Origin: Octopus sinensis
Taxonomy: Eukaryota
Assembly: GCF_006345805.1 (NCBI RefSeq)
Contig: NC_043012.1
Span: 18,104,001 to 18,168,000 of the forward strand
Direction: 5' to 3'
Length of the DNA: 64,000 bases
The notes beneath the pieces were generated by a model. The model was not told the DNA's origin, made no database searches, and saw nothing but the letters and a program-made list of their open reading frames with translations. This document shows, piece after piece, positions 1 through 13,778 of the stretch. Made by a program: the position numbers and the translations under genes. Every line of letters begins with the position of its first letter. Position 1 is the first letter of the stretch.

Positions 1-2262
1 CTTTGGAATTATTCCGAAAGCAACGAATATCAGATTCAATTAAAACATTTTCTATTTATAACTCTTTATTTTGCTATTTACACAGTGTACTTGAAATGTT
101 CAGTGTGACAATCCTGCTGGGAGAACGGAATCCAGTTCTACATTACATTGTGTGCTACACTGAAATGATACTTTAGTTCTTAAGTTAAGATAACATGAAT
201 CATTTTAAATTCTAATCCTTATTATGTTTGCCACCGATTACAGGATTTAGCTTTGACACATGCTTTAATCGCTCAAATCTTGGCAGTGTCAAATTTGCCA
301 TTCACACATCTGCATTCAAGAAAATAAATGTCATTGATAAATTTCAATGCACATAGCCTGCCATCCTGTAACACCTTGACATATTTTTCTAATTAAAAGA
401 ATGCGATTCACAGCGCAAGAGTTCTTGTCGCAACTGCTGTCATTTATATTACTTATTATTTTCTATTAAAATGTGCTAAAAATATTCGTTATTCTTTCAA
501 CACCATTCCAGTTACACAGATAATAATCACCGATTCCACATGTTCTTTCTTTTCTTTCGTTTTCCTTTTTTCTTTTCTTGCTTCTATTTTCTTTTCTTTC
601 CTCTCATTTCTTCACGTTTTTCTTTTTTGGGGACTTGAAAAAGAAGTAAAAAATCTGAATTATACAAGAAATATTAATTAAAAGAACAATTAATTATTGA
701 ATCCGTAATATGCCAATTTCCATTTGTATCATTCGCGACGAATACATCTAAGTGCATCTAACTCTTCTGGAAAATGCTATTTGCATTATATGTCCAATGC
801 TATTATGACCTCTGCCAGTGTCCAGTTGAACATCATTTCATCCAGGATTGATAAATTAATTACCCTTCCAATGTTAAACTCAATAAATATAGACACGACT
901 CCTTTATACGTTATATGCAAAACCTTGAGATTGCAATAAACATCAGTGCTTGTAGTGAGTATTGAAATACTTCACCTGCCACTCTACAACGGAGAGAGCG
1001 GTGTTTCAAGTTTAGTTAGCAAAAGAAGATGAGCTTGTTTTCTTTCAGATTGGTGCTATAATGGTTTATGCCATCCATCGTTCATATCTATTTCAATTAA
1101 TACCTTAAGCCATTGTTAAAAAACGAATTTCTCCCTTATCTCTTCATTGAAATCCATATGTTTATTGAAATATATTCCCAGCAGATGTTCATGCCTTGCT
1201 TTTACCTTTTCTTTGTAACGTGTTTGATAAAAAAATAGTTATTTTCTAGAACCAATCGTCAAATATTGTTATTAAATCAAGTATTTGACATTGAAATCTT
1301 GAGAAAAGTCCGTATATATTCATGAAATTCTGTGGAATGCTGAAATATGTGCAATACTAAACTTTTTGTATCACCGGTGATATGAAAGCATTGTAATTTT
1401 AGAAGTCTGCGTTTACAGATTTTATCTTGTGTTTGAGAGATATACCACGGTTACATAGTTCTTCATGTGTAATAGCCACTATATCTTTCAATAACACAGG
1501 CACACACACCACACACACAATACATACGCAGACACACACACACACACACACACAAATATCCGCATACACTCGAATATACTGACTCATTCTCAGATATATT
1601 TGCACAGATAAAAACAGACCGACATACACACGCGCACGTAGACCTTTCTCTCTAGCCGATTCCTCTTCGCTGTCAACTTACTTCAATATGGAAGGCGAAT
1701 TTGAAGAATTGCTATACTTAGTTACGCCTTTTTTAATATCCTGATTCGAGTTCAACCTATATCAACTGTGCCTCTTTTCTTTCCCTGATCGAAAATAGAA
1801 CTAAAACACAGAAAAGGATGAGCTGTTCTTAATCAATTATACTGTCACCCCATCTGTGAACCTTTGTGTGTATTTTAGAAATCGATATGAAGGTGTGTAT
1901 CAGTACAGTCATTATAGGATATCTGAAACCGTTGACTAATACGAGTATGTCACTACGCAGATCAAACGTGAGAATGAATAACAGTCTGCGGGGTTCTGTA
2001 TTTTCTCAGGCTGATAGACCCAGAGTGAATCAGTGAAGATGTATTCACTGGTGTTCCAAAGACTGGATGGGTTATCTAATACGCTGTTACAAAGCTACAA
2101 ATCACGAAAACCTTTCTAATCTAAACTGGTAAATAACTTTCCCATTAATCACGTTGATGTTACGTATCATTCTGCATTATTCCTAGCTCTTATCTAAGAG
2201 AGGATTTCATGTTTTCTATTCTTTACATTGGCATTATGCCGTAAGAAGTAAGAAAGAGTGGT

Positions 2263-3013
2263 AACGATTTTTCTATATTTACATCACAATTGTGATGTTA
2301 TGGAGAAAGATACGATACATATTTGAGAATTATATAAGTATTTCCAAAATGTATACTGCTACAAAAAAGTGGCCGGTTGGTTACTTGAATCGTTGAAAAC
2401 GTCGGTTAGATTGCTTTTTCGTTTACCGTTCTGTCTGTGTAGTCAGTGAGTTCAAACCACCCAGAGAACAATTTCGCCTTTTATCCTTTCGTGGTCCACA
2501 AATATAAAATAAAACGATTTTTCTATATTTACATCACAATTGTGATGTTATGGAGAAAGATACGATACATATTTGAGGATTATATAAGTATTTCCAAAAC
2601 GTATACTGCTACAAAAAAGTGGCCGGTTGGTTACTTGAATCGTTGAAAACGTCGGTTAGATTGCTTTTCGTTTACCGTTCTGTCTGTGTGGTCAGTGAGT
2701 TCAAACCACCCAGAGAACAATTTCGCCTTTTATCCTTTCGTGGTCCACAAATATAAAATAAAACGATTTTTCTATATTTACATCACAATTGTGATGTTAT
2801 GGAGAAAGATACGATACATATTTGAGAATTATATAAGTATTTCCAAAATGTATACTGCTACAAAAAAGTGGCCGGTTGGTTACTTGAATCGTTGAAAACG
2901 TCGGTTAGATTGCTTTTTCGTTTGCCGTTCTGTCTGTGTGGTCAGTGAGTTCAAACCACCCAGAGAACAATTTCGCCTTTTATCCTTTCGTGGTCCGCAA
3001 ATATGAAATAAAA
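2263..3013. repeat. Tandem triplication of a ~250 bp unit (2263-2512, 2513-2761, 2762-3013)
   Basis: Each unit starts aacgatttttctatatttacatcacaattg and ends ...gtggtccacaaatataaaataa; only a few substitutions and one 1-bp indel separate the copies. This explains the duplicated ORFs at 2446 and 2686. Confidence 0.97.
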
Positions 3014-3433
3014 CCTGTACTGAACTGAAAGCTGTCGCACTACTGTTTCCTTGTCTTCGATTTTCTGCTTAAAAGATATCATTTGCTGTTGGATCTGGAG
3101 AATTATGGGCTCCACTAGATCCTAAACTATTCAAGACAGCTGCTTGTAAAGTATCCACGTGAATAAAATAGGAGAATGTGTTATTTGCACCTATCTGTTA
3201 CATACACACACACAAACACACACGCACACAGAGACACACACAGGTGCAGACACACAGACACACACAGAGACACACAGACACACACAGACACACACACACA
3301 CATACACACACAAGCATATATAATCATTGAAATCCAAGAGAATGATGGAATTCCGTATGGTTGAAGCTGTTTCATATGTCATCTTCGTTTCGGTCATCAT
3401 CTTTAATAGTTTATACAGTTCACATGCTCATTA

Positions 3434-3475
<42 letters not shown>

Positions 3476-4071
3476 TACATACACACATACAAACACACAT
3501 GTACACATACAATTGTGTATTTACATAACAGTACATTCAGGAGCGCTGTTCTTTTGGCCGTTTTCTAACTTACAGATTTATCTGTAACACATGAGGTAAA
3601 ATTAGCTCATTCTTAAGCTAGATAATCTAATTAGAAAAGAGTGGTAGTAGGATATTACAAAAAAGCAATCCTTTGTAACAGAAAATGCGTTTCCCGTGAA
3701 AGTTTCCTCATTTAAACGTTTGGAATGTTTGAATTTTTACGCATTATTTCTGAGATATGCTGCAAATTATCGGGTGAGTAGAAATAGCGAATAATATTCC
3801 TTTTCTCACTGGTGCATCCTCAACACAACGGTTATGATAGTCTGACAGTTAATAAATATTTCTTTTTGTCACAAACGCGTCAAAACAAGTGTGAGTAAGA
3901 ATATGTGTGGGCGAAAAAGTAAGAACGAAATGAAACAATAATTGAATAAACGTTCTTTTCCTTATGAAATCAGCCATGGAATCCAGAAAGTGAAACACAC
4001 TGCTACTTGCGCCTGAATGGCCTATGTGATACTCGTGATATAATTCATGTGTATACAGTGTCTATATAACG

Positions 4072-4187
4072 TATTCTTTGTAAGCCTAGTACTTATTCTA
4101 TCGGCCTCTATTACCGAGCCGCTAAGTTACGGGGACGTAAACATACCAGCCTCGGTTGTCAAGCGATGTCAGAGGCTCAAACATAGT

Positions 4188-4248
<61 letters not shown>

Positions 4249-4389
4249 GCGACGGGCTTCTTTCTGTTTGCTTTGGCAGGCTCGAGGCTATAGCAGAAGA
4301 AACTTGCCCAAGTTACCACACAGTGGGACTGTACCCGGAACCATGTGCCAAGGGAGCAAGCTACTCACCACTCAGTCACTCCTGCGCCT
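4072..4389 (-). mobile_element. SINE family B (tRNA-derived head, internal CA/TA microsatellite)
   Basis: Reverse complement begins aggcgcaggagtgactgagtggtgagtagcttgc... and carries acgtccccgtaacttagcggctcggtaatagaggccgatagaataagtactaggc; the same modules recur near 11925, 30131, 44389, 49000 and 56095. Confidence 0.8.
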
Positions 4390-4390
4390 A

Positions 4391-4441
<51 letters not shown>

Positions 4442-4544
4442 AAATATAAATGTATATATGTATGTATACATATATACGTATATATATATGTGTGTGTGTA
4501 TATACTTACCATATTACATATTATGTATGACTACTGTGATTAGG

Positions 4545-4700
4545 GTGATGACAGCATTGTGATTTCGATTCCAAGGCCGGTAGTAAGTTGTGCTCTTCGG
4601 CAAAACACTTTATTTTATGCTGCTTCTTTTTGCTCAGCTGTAATTGGGAAATTGTTGGATGAACTGGTGTCCGATTAGGAAGAATATCGGCTTGTCCGCA
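4545..4700 (+). mobile_element. Degraded CORE-like SINE fragment
   Basis: ttcgattcc (B-box-like) followed by gtgctcttcggcaaaacactttattttatgctgcttc...ctcagctgta, similar to the better copy at 53668-53938. Confidence 0.5.
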
Positions 4701-4828
4701 GAGCCAGCGGGTCGGCATGTTTCGAAAGCTAAATTCATGCGAAACGCGTCGTGACCAGCGGCCTTTATCAGCGTCTCATAGTTTGGTCGATACTGTGATA
4801 CCGTGATACACACACACACACACACACA

Positions 4829-4868
<40 letters not shown>

Positions 4869-6153
4869 ACACACACACACGCGCGCGCACAAAGAGTACC
4901 ATAGATGATAGTAAATGCAGTAGAATATTTACTGAATTATTTAGTCGCTGGAGAGAAAACCCCGGTCGAAAGGCACTTATTGATAAATACGGGGGGTGCT
5001 GTGTAATTAAATCAGCTACAGATGATTGATATAACCCTTTTTCCGAAGCCTTTGTAGTAATGATACTTGACGTTGAAAGAAACCAACAGAAATACAGAGA
5101 AGTTTCTAATCTACTGAATCATCTAATGATTAACAGAGGCTTTGTCCTCATATACATATGTGTGTGTGCACTATAACGCGTATATGTACGTATCACGAGA
5201 TTTGTTATGTAAATCGATCTGTTGATGATTTCATCGCATAATGAATTCATCAATTCATTCAATTATTCCAATTAAATACCAAATCAGAACTTGTAACTAT
5301 TTATAGATTGCTGATTATTTTGTAATATCAAAGGACAAAGTTAATTACAATTTTTTCGAAATCTTATCATCAAACTTCAGCTTTTTGTTTCTGCTTATAT
5401 CTCGTCCATGTAACTGGCGAAGAACGACGCCCATACTTGATTTTTATTTGTCGTATTGTATTAATTCCTATGGTTTCGATAGAATTACAGATTTATAAAT
5501 TTGAATATTCTTAAACAACGCGCAAATGTTCAGGACTACTGTACCAATGCTATGATGACACAATACGTAATATTCGAGCCGCACTGCAATTGAAGCTTTC
5601 CATCAAAAAAATTCTACCTCGTTTTGTTCCATATAAGTTACTGCGTACAGAAATGCTATAAAGGCGAAACATTTCCGCATGATGTATAATGACTTATGGA
5701 TGATTACCGTTTATTGATGAATATTTTAAATAATTACATTTGGACACCCATTTTTATATTGTTGTAGCACATCGAAGGAAACCGATATTTTCTGTATTGT
5801 AGTTCAATAAATAAAAAGTGATCTGATTCGTTATTCGCCAAATAATATTGCTCGAAGTTTTTGCCAAATAGTGCCTTTGTTGGGAGATAACTTTTCAAAC
5901 TTTTAGGATACATTACATCAAACGTAAGAACCAAATAACTAATCTATGTGCTGCTTTTAGCGCAATATTTGATATTGTAAGACCACTCTATTACCGAGAA
6001 ACCTTTAATGCGAATAAGCGATAGATTTTCGCTTTGATAACTAATTCTGTTTTAATATTACAAAGGTCTAGCAGCGTAACAATTTTGGTTCTCATTTTAT
6101 GATATTTCGAGATTGAATGAAAGAAAAAAGTCACACATACACACACACACACA

Positions 6154-6197
<44 letters not shown>

Positions 6198-7651
6198 CAA
6201 ACACACACACACACACACAAACACACATACAAAATATACACTAAAATACATATATACATGTGTATGCATATATAAATATATATATATACGTATGTATGCA
6301 TATGTGTGTGTATATATGTATGTATATATAATGAAAGATGAAAACATCAAGCAATGTGAAGTGGAAGCAGAAAACAAGCAAAGAATAAATAAGCAATAAT
6401 TAACTGTATATGGAAGTGTATTTTGAACGAATGAAATTATGTCGGGTTAGTGTCAATACATATCAAAGGTCTCGACTAAAGCTTTTGTTTCTCCGTAAGA
6501 TGTTGAAATACAATAATCACGCAAAAGAATTCATGTAAAGCTGTGATTAATAAAACGTCTGGACCAATTTTTGGGAAATAATTGGAAGAAGAAAATCACT
6601 CGAATAATTTCTCAGAACAGGAATATATTTAGCTCAAATGGAAAGTCTTGTGAACCAATCTCTATATGTATATACATTATAAAGAAACTCAATAAATGCA
6701 ATTTATATTCTACAATAGGATTTATGACATCAGTGATTTTTAATTTCCTGGGATGAAATTTAAACAACCTTCTTCTTTTTGAGCTTCTTCATGATGCCAA
6801 AGAGTCGTTGATTCTAATGGTTTCGTTGCCAGCTAATCAAAACCCGAATATTAACAAAGCCATATAAAGTCTCAGAGAAACAGAAGTCTTTTATTCATGA
6901 TCCTCAAATTTTTTTGTATACTTTTGTCATGAAACTACGGCAGAGCGCTAATTACGTAAAATTTGAAAATGTGAGTAGAGGAAAAATATCAAGAAGAGAA
7001 AGAAAAATATTGATTTTTTTTTTCCCTGTGAAAATTTCTAAGACATTTTCGAAAATTAACTCATATCTCCAGGACTAGGTATTTCAAGGATGCAAGATTA
7101 ATGATGATTTTAGAAGAAGCTAAAAAATACATTGGAACTATAGAAATAATTTGACAGAAGAAATTATTTAAATAAAATCAATTCAATTTGTAAAACGAGG
7201 AAAATACTTTGTTAATAAGTTTTCCTGTTAGAATGAGAAATTTGTTCAAAAAGTTAATTGGTTTTTATACTTTTTTTGTTTTCAAGAAAGAGTTTATTTA
7301 TTTATTTATTTTTATTGAATTTAGAGGTTGGTGGTAATCGGATTGAATATAAGATTAAGTAATAAAACCAAATGAAATGTGGATATTTTTGAAAACCAGT
7401 TTGAACTGCGGAAGGTACAACACAGGAAGCCGCAACAGGAAATGTGATTCCTGATCACAATTCTAGAACGATGCATAGATCACTGTACAATGGCACATAC
7501 ATACACATTTGCATACATACACAAAGAGATAAGTACACACACACATACGTGTGTGTGTGTATTTAATCACATACATTCACACATGCATATTTATCTATTC
7601 ATCTATCTCTGCTTACCTTTTCTCTTGTATATATATATATTATATATATAT

Positions 7652-7721
<70 letters not shown>

Positions 7722-7829
7722 AAGGAGAGAGAGAGAGAGAGAACAAACATTAATTTCATGTATATATATAGAGATTTAATGTTTCTTCTATAATCAATGC
7801 TTCTTTATATATATATATTATATATCTTA

Positions 7830-7874
<45 letters not shown>

Positions 7875-7911
7875 TGACTAAGTAAAATTGCAAGGTACTG
7901 CATAAGTGAAA

Positions 7912-8546
7912 ATATATAGGGAAGAAGGTTTGAAAATGCAGAGGTCTTGACCGGTTCACTTTAAAAAATATATTTCAAAAGAAAAATGTAAGGATTTGTG
8001 TGTAGCCTTTGGAGTGTTAAAAAATTGTTATTACAGATGTATTAAAATAGAGAGATACAGTCTTTGACAATGATAAGAGAATGTTAAGAAATAGAATCTT
8101 TGACAATAAGGAATTTTTAAGAGGGGGCTTTGTGTTTAAACCATTTACATAAAAGTGTTCAAAATAAGTAGTAAAATAAATTCATAATTATAAGCTGATA
8201 AAAATCCTGATTATATGTACGCATATATACAGAAAGAATTTGTGGACAGTATTTGATAGGAGAAAGCGTGTCTATTGCTTAGTCAATACAGTATACAGAA
8301 TTTATACTGTATTTATACAGAGTTTCAGGGGAATGAGCAGCCATTTAACTTCATTTCAAGTCTTGTACAAGACTTTATCACTGTATTTTAATACATCTAT
8401 GGTAACTGTTTTTTAACACCACAAAGGCTACACAAATCCATTTCTTTTACTTTTGAAAATCTTTTTTTATTTCTTAAGTGAAACCAGTCAAGTCAATAAG
8501 CATTTTAAAAAGTTCTCTGCAATTTCAAACCCTGTTTCCTATATAT
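7912..8546. repeat. Inverted repeat pair (arms ~7912-8073 and ~8351-8546), interspersed repeat family also at 16420-16505
   Basis: atatatagggaagaaggtttgaaaatgcagag...ggatttgtgtgtagcctttggagtgttaaaaaa matches the reverse complement of ttttttaacaccacaaaggctacacaaatcc...ctctgcaatttcaaaccctgtttcctatatat. Confidence 0.75.
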
Positions 8547-8859
8547 ACATATAAATACATACATATACACACTCACACACACACATATATTCGTAAATAT
8601 ACATATTTTCTCACAAGTACACACACACATTTGAATGTTTATATTACATTTCTGCATTACAAGCAAAATTGTGACAGAAATTTATTGATTGATATTCATG
8701 AAAATATAAGATTATGTATCGAAGTCTCATACTTAAGTTTAGTATTATAACTGTATTTAACAAACTAAAGCCTCCTTTCGGAAGTCATTGTGAAATAAGC
8801 TTGACATATTTTCCGTTATGTTATACATTTGATGAGTTGATGTACTAAGACAACAAGCT

Positions 8860-9265
8860 GGGTAAATGGTAGCCGCACTGGACAAAATACTTATGGGCAT
8901 TCGTCCAGCTTTACGTCTTGAGTTCAAATGCATCCCGAGTGGATGTGTCTTTTAGCCTTTGCCAACTACTAATATTGCTTTCAAATTTTGGCACAAGGCC
9001 AGCAATTTATGGCTGGGGGATAAGTCGATTACATCGTCACTAGTGTTCAACTAGTCCTTTTTTTATCGACCCCGAAGGATGAAAGGCAAAGTCCACTCGG
9101 CAGCATTGGAAATCGGAACATAAGTATGGACGAAATACCACTAAATATTTTGTCTGGTGTGATAACGATCCTGCCAGTTCCCAGCCTTCAGTAATAGGAA
9201 CTACAATCACATCAATAATAAGGATTTCAAATTTTGACACAAGGCCAGCAATTCTGTGATAGGAG
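8860..9265. mobile_element. Cluster of SINE family C fragments in both orientations
   Basis: Contains gagttcaaat..., aagtcgattacatcg and ttttatcgaccccgaaggatgaaaggcaaagtc motifs shared with the copies at 32255-32890. Confidence 0.7.
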
Positions 9266-9319
9266 GTAAGTCGATTAACGATTCTGTCAGCCCTCTGTCC
9301 GGCTTCACCATGATAGATA

Positions 9320-9480
9320 GCCAGCCACTATACCTTTTTCTATCTTCTCTCCCTGCTTATTTCTTTATTCCTTTCTGTCGAAGAGCGTAGGCTCGAAACG
9401 TAAAATGCTTTCTCACTTCCCGAGCGTTTAACTAATACATTTGTTTATTGTTTAGACACCCGTCTTCGTCTTTTTGTCAA
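9320..9480 (+). repeat. Short interspersed repeat carrying a degenerate minimal hammerhead motif (also 44205-44355 on -)
   Basis: ctttctgtcgaagagcgtaggctcgaaacgtaaaa at 9371-9405; reverse-complement copy ttttatgtttcgagcctacggtcctctacaaaaag at ~44278-44313. Confidence 0.6.
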
Positions 9481-10544
9481 ATACCAGTGGTAAGAAGAAT
9501 TCACATTTTGACTTTCAACTGACTTAACGGAGGAGCATTGATCCACTGAGTTAGCTATTGATATACTATGGGCCAAACAAGTCGATTTAATATTTTGTTA
9601 AACATTGAGACTTTTATCATCCGGTAATCATCACATGCTAAAAGCCACTTCGTCTCAATCTGCCGGATTAAAACTACATGAATATTCTCTAAAGGGGCCT
9701 CTTTCCTTCCACCATCATCACAGACACCGTTGCACAGACACTTCTCTTTTCAGTCCTTCTGTCACAATGTTTTATTTTCCTTTTGCTTGTAATTCTATAT
9801 AATCTTTCTTCCGAATTGGCCACAAACAAAGCAGAGTTACAAAAATACTTGCGTCATCTTTTTACCAAGCAACTGGCTTTGTATTTGAAACCGCATTTCT
9901 TTATTTTCTCTTTGACTTAAAATTGCAGTTAGTGATTCTTGTGAATTTCTAATTGAACAGACAACTGTCTTCATTCGCGGACAGCATTTGAAATTGTGAT
10001 CGCAAAATTAATGTTCCGGCTTAAATAACTTAAAAGTAATTTAGAATAAAGGAATGTCAAAGAATCGAAGAAAGATCTCGTGGCAGTATTTAAGAAGTGA
10101 TAATAGTACAAGTGTGAGATAGTGGTGAGAATGTAGTGTGGGTTTTTTTTAGTAGCACTACAAATAGAATCTATAGGAAAGGAGGAATAATAGAAAGAGA
10201 AATTGAAAACTCCAAGAACGAGATAAATAGACAGAGATGGAGGGGGAACATCAAAAGTCAGGAAGCACGCACACCCACACAACACGCACATGCACACACT
10301 CACAAATACATACATGCATACGTAAATGCATACATATATATACACATACACACATATATGTATATACATATACATATATATATATATATATATAAATACA
10401 TACATACATATATACATCCACACACATAGACACAGACACACAGATACACACAAACACGCACACACACATGCATACATATGTATATATGTGAATATATATA
10501 TATGTATGTGTGTGTGTGTGTACACATGTATATATGTATATTCA

Positions 10545-10599
<55 letters not shown>

Positions 10600-10699
10600 T
10601 GTCTGCATGTGTTTCTATCTATCTATCTATCTATGAATTTATTTCTCACTCTCTCTCTCTGCTTCTTTCTCTCTCTTTCTCTCTCTCTCTCTCGGTTTA

Positions 10700-11570
10700 C
10701 CATGGGGCACTGAAATGTTTTTAGGCTGACCATGAAACAGTGATGCTGGAGTTGTTAAGTCTTACATGTATTAATTTCTTATTAATAACTGTTTCATGCC
10801 TGCTAAACTGATATTTAACTGTTCGAAGAGGAGTTGAGCAGTAACTAGTAGCGACTTCTCTTGAATGTGGACAAAAGTTGACATCGTGGTGTTATAAAGC
10901 ACCTCTAGATAAAAGGGTTTCACTCCCCAAGAACCTTTATACAGACACAGGGGATGACGCTGAAGGAGATTTTTTTTTCATATGTCTCGGGTGGCATCAT
11001 CTAAATAATAGGTATTGTTTAGTGTCTCCTAGAAAATTTTTTGGTTTATTTTTTAAACCAGTATGTCTAGGAATGGAAGGTCCTCATGGCTGTGTTCCAC
11101 TGTGAATTGTATGTTGGTTTTAATGTTATTTAGAAACATTTTGAACCCCAGGAAGTTATCCATGTTTTCATTCTACACGATGAAGCAATCGTCCAAAAGT
11201 CTTTTCCAATTTTAAAGACGACTCATTTATCCGAAAATATAATCCAGAATTACATAAAGAACTTACCCCATCTACTGGAAAATACAAGCTAGAATAATGA
11301 GGAGACCATAAAACATAAATGAAAATTTACAGATTTACCTCCCCTTTGCTGAAAAATAAATGAGTGAACAATTATCGCCCCTGGCAATTTTCATTTTCAA
11401 CTCACAGCTTGACGAGCAAACCGAAATAGATTCTTACTTCAATTATGTTGAAGGAACAAAACCTAATTTTGTACAAAATTGTATAATGCCTTTATTATCA
11501 TGGCTCTAATATACTCTTAAATTCTGTAAAACAAATCTTCGGTGTTTTTCATCTTACACTTCTTCTGTAT
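10700..11570 (-). pseudogene. Penelope-like element RT/thumb fragment (Poseidon/Neptune-like), heavily decayed
   Basis: Minus-strand translation gives WKRLLDDCFIV* (RT YLDD motif), FLNNIKTNIQFTVEHSHEDLPFLDILV and DTKQYLLFR*CHPRH, typical PLE RT/thumb motifs, with stops and frameshifts. Confidence 0.75.
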
Positions 11571-11612
11571 ATATCCACCACGTGTGTTTCGCCATTAAAA
11601 TATTTCCTACCT

Positions 11613-11651
<39 letters not shown>

Positions 11652-11662
11652 TGTGTGTGTGC

Positions 11663-11698
<36 letters not shown>

Positions 11699-11721
11699 GC
11701 ATATATATTCGTATATATATG

Positions 11722-11752
<31 letters not shown>

Positions 11753-11924
11753 AAATATGTGTATGTATATATATATATATTTATACTGTTGCGTAGAAAA
11801 TGAAGGAGAGTATATTTTAAATTTAAAAAGAACTGTCTTAATTTTGAAAAATAAATGAATAGAAAAACGCAATATTTATGAGATGACCGAATTCATATAT
11901 ACATACACACTATTTTATTATTTT

Positions 11925-12300
11925 ATTCTTTCACTTCTTCCAGCCATTTGACTGCTGCCATGATGGAACACCGACTTTAGGCGGAAAACCCGACCACAGG
12001 CCTCATACGCTGTAACACTTGTACTTGTTCTATCGGTCTTTCTTGCAAAGTTACGGGGGCGTAAGTAGGCCAATATCGGTTATCAAGCGATGGTGGAGGT
12101 ACGATACAAACACTCGCACACACATATAGGTATATATATACGACGGGCTTCTTTCAGTTTCCATCTATCAAATTCACTCACAAGGTCTGGTAGGACCGAT
12201 ACCTATAATAGAAGACAGTTTTCCAAGGTGCCACGCAATGAGACCGAACCCAGAAACCATGTGGTTATGAAGCAAGCTTCTTATCACACAACCACTCACA
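11925..12300 (-). mobile_element. SINE family B, degraded near full-length copy
   Basis: cagccatttgactgctgccatgatggaacaccg (3' tail) ... gacgggcttctttcagtttccatctatcaaattcactcacaaggt ... gaacccagaaaccatgtgg (head, reversed). Confidence 0.75.
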
Positions 12301-13720
12301 CGTATATATGTGTATATTCATAAATATACAGACACACTAACATGCATATATAATATCATTTTCTGCATATTTATGAATGTGCATATAATTCTCTGTGTGT
12401 ATGTAGGTGTGTGCATGTGTGTGTGTATGTGTGTGTATGTGTGTGTGTGTATGTGTGTAAAGTGGAAAAACAGATCTGTTAGATGAATGTTTTCTCTAAA
12501 TCAGTATTATGATAGGAATATGCCTTTAAATGAAGCAACGGAAGGATTTTTCTTCCCCGTCTTCTACACGGTAATATTAAAATTCGAGTCCATTAGAAAT
12601 TCATGCATGAAGCAAATTTTGTTAATATTTTCCAATGTATTTCTATGTGTAAATGTGCGAATGCGTATATGAATATCTTTGGGAGAATATCGCCAAAACC
12701 TTCTTGCAAGTATTAATAAAAACATAGTTTATTACATGTGACGTATATACGAAGCAAAATTATTGTGAATGATATATAATGGACATATAAATCCTAAGCA
12801 AGATTTTGAAAGATATCTAAATTTAGTTTACAGAGTGGTTCTTAAATCGGATATATAAAAATGTAACGTAATTATACGAGCAATAAATTATGGGTGAATT
12901 TTACATTACGTTAATTTAAAGGAGCTAAAATAATTTAACATTTTCTCTCTTTCGCCTTCACATACGAACAAAGAAACATGCTCACCTAACTCTCGCACAC
13001 ATATACACACCGTATCCCTGCATACGTATGTATGCAAGTATGTTGCCAAATTATCATGCTGCGTGTTATATTGTGAAGTAGCGAGGCTTAAACATGTTTG
13101 TACGTACATACCTATGTATGTATTATGTATGTATGTATGTATTTATGTACGTATGTATGTCTTATGTTTGTATGTATGTATGTATCTATCTATAAGTCTA
13201 TCTACATATCTATCTGTCTATCTATCTATCTATCTATCTAACTATCTCTCTGTATGATTCTCTTTACGGAATATATATTTTTACCCAATTAAGTCTGAAC
13301 GCTCATTGCATATACGAGTGTGTAATATACTAATAATTTGGTATTGCTTGATGGAAATTCAGATGTTGACTATAGTTGTAGTGGTGAATGTAGTATATGG
13401 AATCAGCTAACTAATCCCTGGTATATTTCTTTAGGTGATACATTAATAACGGATGAGAAAAGCGGATTAAGTTTTAGAATCCAATGTATAACCTCGTTTG
13501 CAAATCTGCAGTTGCGACCTCGGGATTTTTAGAATGACCATCGTTGAGAAATCTGTTTCTATAATCTGTCCCCCTTTACATTGTTACATTCTATGTCTAT
13601 CATTGGTTATAAATATTATATATTCTTTACTTCTGTACCTCTGTTTATGGCAGTAGTTTTTTCTACATATATGCTTCTTCTAGCGGCACACATCTTATAA
13701 TATAATTAAATGAATATATA

Positions 13721-13778
<58 letters not shown>

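Noticed and set aside
900-1400. Possible decayed hAT-type transposase C-terminus (..STTERAVF..)
   Set aside because: Only a faint motif resemblance, no TIRs; needs a profile search.
2263-3013. CRISPR-like or coding interpretation of the tandem repeat
   Set aside because: Units are entirely identical with no variable spacers; eukaryotic context; the ORFs are short and include SINE sequence.
4708-4757. gcatg...catgc-GAAACGCGTC hammerhead-like 3' half
   Set aside because: Stem II and the palindromic stem III are present but there is no CUGANGA upstream; it cannot be called a ribozyme.
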